Below are positions 21,099 through 26,138 of a stretch of 26,138 nucleotides of DNA, piece by piece. The notes beneath the pieces are model-generated. The model saw only the letters and a list, made by a program, of their open reading frames with translations. It was not told the origin of the DNA and ran no database searches. Origin of the DNA: Octopus sinensis (Eukaryota). The DNA lies in assembly GCF_006345805.1 (NCBI RefSeq), contig NW_021835610.1, positions 1 through 26,138 on the forward strand, in the 5' to 3' direction. How positions within the stretch are numbered: position 1 is the stretch's first letter; every line of letters starts with the position of its first letter. Both the position numbers and the translations under genes were made by a program.

Positions 21099-21800
21099 AT
21101 GAATTGGACGGACGGGGGCATCGCGCTTTCATTATGTAAACGTTTATGAAGAACACCGAATCCGTAACTGTAACACGAAGGCTGTTCCGTGTGTACTTCA
21201 GGCTTAATAAACAAGATCCCGTACCTACCCGAAACACGGTTTTGTTATGGGTTACTAACTTCAGAGCAAGTGGATCACAGCGTCGAAACGAAAAACAGCC
21301 GGCCGACCTAAGACAGCCAGAACTTCGGAAAATATAGCAGCGGTAAGAGCTTCAGTTCAATATTCTCCACAACATTCTGCACGGAAACATGCCGCTGCTC
21401 TTAGGCTTTCCGACAGATGTTAGCGGAGAAGTCTTCATAAGGAAATGAAAATGCATCCATACAAAATGGTTTTGGCAAAAGAACCCAATGAAAGAGACTT
21501 TGAAACTCGTAGAGCATTGTGTTTGGAAATTCAACATGTCCCTCGTGCAGCTCTTGTGTTGTTCAGTGACGCGGCCAATTTTCGTCTGTGTGGCAGATTG
21601 AATAAGTAAATGATTTACGGTACTGGGTCGAGAATAACCCTCGTGAGTTGCATGAACGCCCCTTGCATTGTTCTTGGGTGACCATATGGTGTGCGGTAGT
21701 AGAATTCCGCATTTGGGGTCTGTACTTCTTCGAAGAAGACAATGTTGTTACCACTGTGAACTCTGATCGATATTGTGTGATGCTAGAGACTTCTCTCCTC
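21099..21800 (+). pseudogene. Tc1/mariner-superfamily transposase fragment, rosa/DD41D-like (N-terminal HTH through first catalytic D), 3'-truncated
   Basis: MNWTD/HRAFIM*TFMKNTESVTVTRRLFRVYF..PTRNTVLLWVTNFRASGS/GRPKTARTSENIAAVRASV..SP..SARKHAAALRLS...LH..MKMHPYKM...FSDAANFRLCGRLNK*/RYWVENNPRELHERPLH..VTIWCAV...IWGLYFFEE..TVNSDRYCVMLE. This fits the SDEA.F.L.G.VN..N.RYW..NP...PLH pattern; the clade call is from memory. Confidence 0.85.
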
Positions 21801-23410
21801 ATATAGTGTTATGTTTGGTGACGCTATTGAAGATTGTGTATGGGTGTTGGACAATGGCGTGTGGTGAGAGTGCTGAGAAGTGGTCGGTGCAAGTGTTTGT
21901 GGATATCCACGTAGGATGAAGTGGCGCGCCATGAGTTGAGACTGAGTCATGATCATCACTTCAGAGCCTGCGTAGAGGGAGGAATTAGAAGTAGGGGATG
22001 CAGAGCTGGTGTAGGCAGAGTGGGAGAAGAGAAGTCAAAGTAGGAATGTGAGTTTGTGTAGCAAGCTATAAATATGTGTGCGTATGTGTGTGGTGTGGTG
22101 TGTTTGCACGCATACCTATATATGCATTAATACACATATATGTATGAAAGTCTGATGCGGGCGCGTATATTACTGAAGGTGCAGACTATAACAGGTGGCA
22201 AAATGCCGATGCTTTTCGGAATAGAAGCCACTCATTTCTTTATTTACAGTGAATTAATATCTTCCCGTTTGAAGCCTGTAACCAGCAACACTATTTTTCA
22301 CAAACAACAGTATAAATTTTAAAAATAGATAAATAGATAAATCCAGTGCCGATGACATTGTGAGCCCTTTCCTGACAAATAACACCAACACAGTTCATAT
22401 TCGTTATTTGTTTCATTATGTCAACCATGATGTCGATGACTTTCGTTTATTTCAAATTTACGCAAGGGAACTTTTAAATATAGAGAGAAAATATGAAAAA
22501 GGAATTTTCAGTAAATACATTTGAAGTTAATATTGATTTAATATAAATCTAACAATATGAAAAATATTTCGGCTATCGTTGCAAATGACATTCCTAATTC
22601 ATATGATCCCAATAGTTTAATAATACTAGATGAAGCGAAATCAAAATAAACTGTCAGAATTGAATCACACTGTTGGGTTTTGGAGTCATAAATTGGCAGA
22701 TTTTATAATATATTACGTTTTCGTATTTATTTTTACGAGATAATTCATTTGCAATAATGTTTTGAAACGAGTGTTGTTTCACTTAGGAGGGTCATTTTTG
22801 CCCGTAGTGGTAATATGGTAATATATATTTTTTATTTTAGATCTGTTTGCTCTCTTTTTTGTTTTGAGGAGCGGTTTGCCAAGAGAAAGTAGATGTATAT
22901 GTTTGCGTGTCTATGTGTGTGTGTGGGGAGTAAATCGTAATATTTTATCTTTTTTTCTGTTTCCTCTGTGTATTTTTTTTAGTAGTGGTTTAAGGTACAC
23001 TTGCAAAGAGAAAGTAGGAGAAAGTGTGGTAATAGAAGGAGTAAAGCAGTTAAAATGCGAGAGGCAAATCGTAAAATATTGAGTTTTATCGAATTTTTGC
23101 TTAATTGGGGGTCAAATTGAAAAACATTTATATGCCATGACCCAATCGAATCTATTTCGAAAAATCATAGGTAAATTCCAATTGAAGAAATTCTATATTG
23201 TACAATTGTATTACAAAACAAACATAGTCACAGACAGAGAAAATCTGCCTTTTATAGTATATGATTATTTCTTGCAGACGTGGAACAACGAAAGACCTAT
23301 TATTGATGAGGTCGCACATAGTATCAGTGGGACCCTGACAAAACAAATGGTTAGACCAACGACTGATCATGCAATTTGTTACTACTAGATTTATTAATTC
23401 ACTGCTGACC

Positions 23411-23626
23411 CTTTCTGTTATACGCACAAGGCTTAAAGCTTTGTTGGGGGGGGGGTAAGGTCTTGTCGATTATATCGATCTCAGTGCTCGACTGGTACTA
23501 TTTCAGCGATTCAAACGATGAAAAGCAAAGTAGCCCTCGATGAAATGTGAACTCGAAAGGTAAAGACGGACAGTATGCCGCTAAGCATATTGTGTGGTGT
23601 GCGAACGAAATTACCAGGTCACCGTC
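23411..23626 (-). mobile_element. Old, diverged family A SINE
   Basis: Reverse complement: ..TGACCTGGTAATTTCGTTCGCACACC..ATATGCTTAGCGGC..CTTTACCTTCGAGTTCAC..GAGGGCTACTTTGCTTTTCATC..AGTACCAGTCGAGCACTGAGATCGATATAATCGAC..CCTTGTGCGTATAACAGAAAG. Confidence 0.7.
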
Positions 23627-24500
23627 AACTAATAATAAAAAGAAGTTTAATTGATCTATTATTTTTACTAAATCTATTTGATAAAATATCTGACAGCACA
23701 CTCGATATTGTCGAAACAATTTCCCTCTTGAAACTTCGTTGCTTTTCTGTATCAATATATCTTATATAGTACCATCATAACTGCATCACATTATAACAAG
23801 GTGAATCATTATCTGCACTATGATAATCATTCTACAACCAACGATATGACAGCTTGACTTCTCTTTACAGAAAAAGATCTTTGATACTAACAAAATCAAC
23901 AACGACAATAGGTCTTTGTTGTGAAATAACTACTTCCAACCACTCGAATATTTGATATCTCTTATGCCAAACAATAGATTGCATAAATTCTGTTACAGAA
24001 TATTCAATGAACAAACTAACCAAGTATGCATGAAACAGCAACCTTAAGTCACATAGGAGAATATTCTGATTTGTTTGTGATGTTTATAATTCAGCAATAG
24101 CAGTATCTGAATAGGATTTAGAGATCAAAAGCAGTTTAGCATTTGGTGTGTTTTGCCAATAGTTTAGCCGTGGGATTAGATAAAATTTTCTTCAGTACCT
24201 TAGCAACAATTATGTCATATTGTTATGGCGACAATCGATTTTAACGTGCATAATCTTCAATAAATGCGCAGTCATTTTGTTATCGTCTGCTTCACTGAGA
24301 AACTATAGATCTATTAATAAATGCATCAGTAGCTAGTGGTCTTGGCAGTGAAGAGGATTTCTTTTATATATCAATCTTATTCTCAACTGTCTGGAGAAAC
24401 CATCGTAGTGTATCAAAGAGACTAACCTAAAATATTATCTTCTGTGAAATTTTGATTCAATGATTGCTAATGTCCTTTCAAAAACATCCAGTTACTTTAA

Positions 24501-24503
<3 letters not shown>

Positions 24504-24558
<55 letters not shown>

Positions 24559-24582
24559 TATATTTATATATATATATATATA
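24504..24582. repeat. (TA)n microsatellite
   Basis: Read directly. Confidence 0.97.
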
Positions 24583-24923
24583 TCGAATATTATAGGGAAT
24601 ACTTCAACTTACTCCCTATAGTTTCAGCGTAATCCGTTTGTAAGAAATAAATCATCTTTCATTTGTACACAAGTAACATATAATAGATTCCATATTTTTA
24701 TTCTTTTAATGTTTTCACTCATAGGATCGGGGCCGTACGGGAGTACCGCCTTGAAGGGTTTGAATTCAACTTTACCCAATCCCGTGAGATTTTCTAGCTG
24801 ATCGATCTGCTTAAACACACGCGCATGCATACATATAGGCATTTACGTATATATACTCACACACACACACACACCACAACGCCACACGCACACACACGCA
24901 CATACACACATATATACGTGTGC

Positions 24924-24925
<2 letters not shown>

Positions 24926-24996
<71 letters not shown>
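24926..24996. repeat. (TA)n microsatellite (preceded by CA-rich tract)
   Basis: Read directly. Confidence 0.97.
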
Positions 24997-25001
<5 letters not shown>

Positions 25002-25159
25002 ACTTTTCACCGAGTGTGAAACTTTCTAGTTCGAATCACATGTGTCTCGAGATGTGCCGAAGATTTTCTATTTTGGAAATATTTGGGGTACTTAGGTCTG
25101 CTCAGGACTTACTGCTTGCTTTTTCCATGGGTATGAGTAAGTATTTCACTTATATCTCA

Positions 25160-25230
25160 CGTATTTATCGCTGAAGAGGGGAAAATTCTTATGAATTAAC
25201 CCCGAAATTGGGACCAATACGGTAATAACG
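25160..25230 (+). ncRNA. Complete type I hammerhead ribozyme fold
   Basis: CGTATTTATCG-CTGAAGA (25171-77)-GGGG AA AATTC TTAT GAATT AA CCCC-GAA-ATTGG GA CCAAT-A(25219)-CGGTAATAACG. Canonical core, 4+5-bp stem II, 5-bp stem III with a 2-nt loop, AUA triplet, stem I with 9 of 11 positions pairing including one G-U. Confidence 0.75.
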
Positions 25231-25378
25231 GATTTTTTAGAAATTTCTATTGGTTTGTTTCGAGACGCATTAATTATAATGGTTATTGACAATTTTTGTC
25301 TTTTTTTCGGCATATTTGGCATTAGAATTTTTCTTTTGCCCTTATCTTGTAAATTATTTGTATATATATATATATATA

Positions 25379-25513
25379 TGTGACGAGCTTCTTTTCAGTT
25401 TCCCTCTACCAAATACATTCAAAAAGGCTTTGCTCGGTCCTGGGACTGAAACCGGCATCACGTGGTTGGAAAGCACGTTGCTAACCACATAACACTCTTC
25501 TAACCACACAGCT
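25379..25513 (-). mobile_element. Family B SINE 5' fragment with internal deletion
   Basis: GCTTCTTTTCAGTTTCCCTCTACCAAAT..AAGGCTTTG.TCGG..GGGACTGAA.CCGG..CACGTGGTTGG..GC..ACCACA. Confidence 0.75.
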
Positions 25514-25990
25514 TCCGTCTACACATACATACATATACCGATGCAGATATACACACACGCACATATAGATAGATAGAAAAACAGACAGGCATATACGCAT
25601 ATGTACGTACGTAATGTAAAGAGAATGAACAATAAAACCGGACACCCTGTAGGAATATAGTTTAACAAATAAGGAATTAGCTTATCTCCTTAATGGAAAC
25701 AGAAAGTGTTCCAATATATTGGACTTTAGTCGATCATCAGAAGAGGGAAATGTAGTGAATGATAAAGAGAAATAGTGGATGTGTGTGTGTATGTGTGTGT
25801 ATGTGTGTGTGTGTGTGTGTGTGCGTGTGTGTGTGTGTGTGGTGCTGATATGTATAATGTGTGCAAGTGTATTTATGTAGGTATCTGTGTATGAATGTTT
25901 ATCTGGATATATAAGCATATGTGCAAGTGTATTTATATATAAATGCTCCACTTAATGTGTTTATGCCGGAATATATTTAGTGTGTGACAA

Positions 25991-26130
25991 CAGAGAGAGA
26001 AAAAGAGAGAGAGAATGAACGAAAGAAAGAAAGAAAGAAGGCAACAGAAAGAAAGAACGAAAGAAAGAAAGAAAGAAAGAAGAGAAGAGAGAGAGAAAGA
26101 AGGCAAGAAAGAAAGAGAGAGAGAAGAAGG
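25991..26130. repeat. (AAAG)n/(AG)n polypurine tract
   Basis: Read directly. Confidence 0.95.
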
Positions 26131-26138
26131 CAATAAAA

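Noticed and set aside
22760-23130. GGGTCATTTTTGCCCG / GGGGTCAAATTGA motifs as piggyBac-like subterminal repeats
   Set aside because: No TTAA-bounded paired termini or transposase remnant could be established.
23850-23872. Strong-looking plus-strand splice acceptor (TTGACTTCTCTTTACAG)
   Set aside because: All three downstream frames close within ~30 codons and no donor or coding signal supports an exon.

Overview
AT-rich eukaryotic non-coding DNA packed with microsatellites and transposon relics. The SINE types and repeat landscape look like an octopus/cephalopod genome (inference; no search run). No complete protein-coding gene is supported, and most ORF-track entries are microsatellite artefacts. 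Supported content: two decayed mariner elements (660-1965, 17222-18289), a rosa/DD41D-like Tc1/mariner fragment (21099-21800), two Penelope-like retroelement (PLE) fragments (1-540, 6449-7795), about a dozen copies of two to three tRNA-derived SINE families, and a possible signal-peptide first exon on the minus strand (20244-20349). Highlights: (i) several type I hammerhead-ribozyme folds, two of them structurally complete (6567-6606 minus, a U3-A8 variant in the PLE 3' end; 25160-25230 plus), all in short cassettes bracketed by (TA)n/(CA)n tracts; (ii) a ~366-bp inverted duplication (4755-5120 / 5514-5882) with junction microhomologies and a 14-bp direct repeat, consistent with a double template switch; (iii) several further foldback structures. 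All alignments and folds were done by eye.
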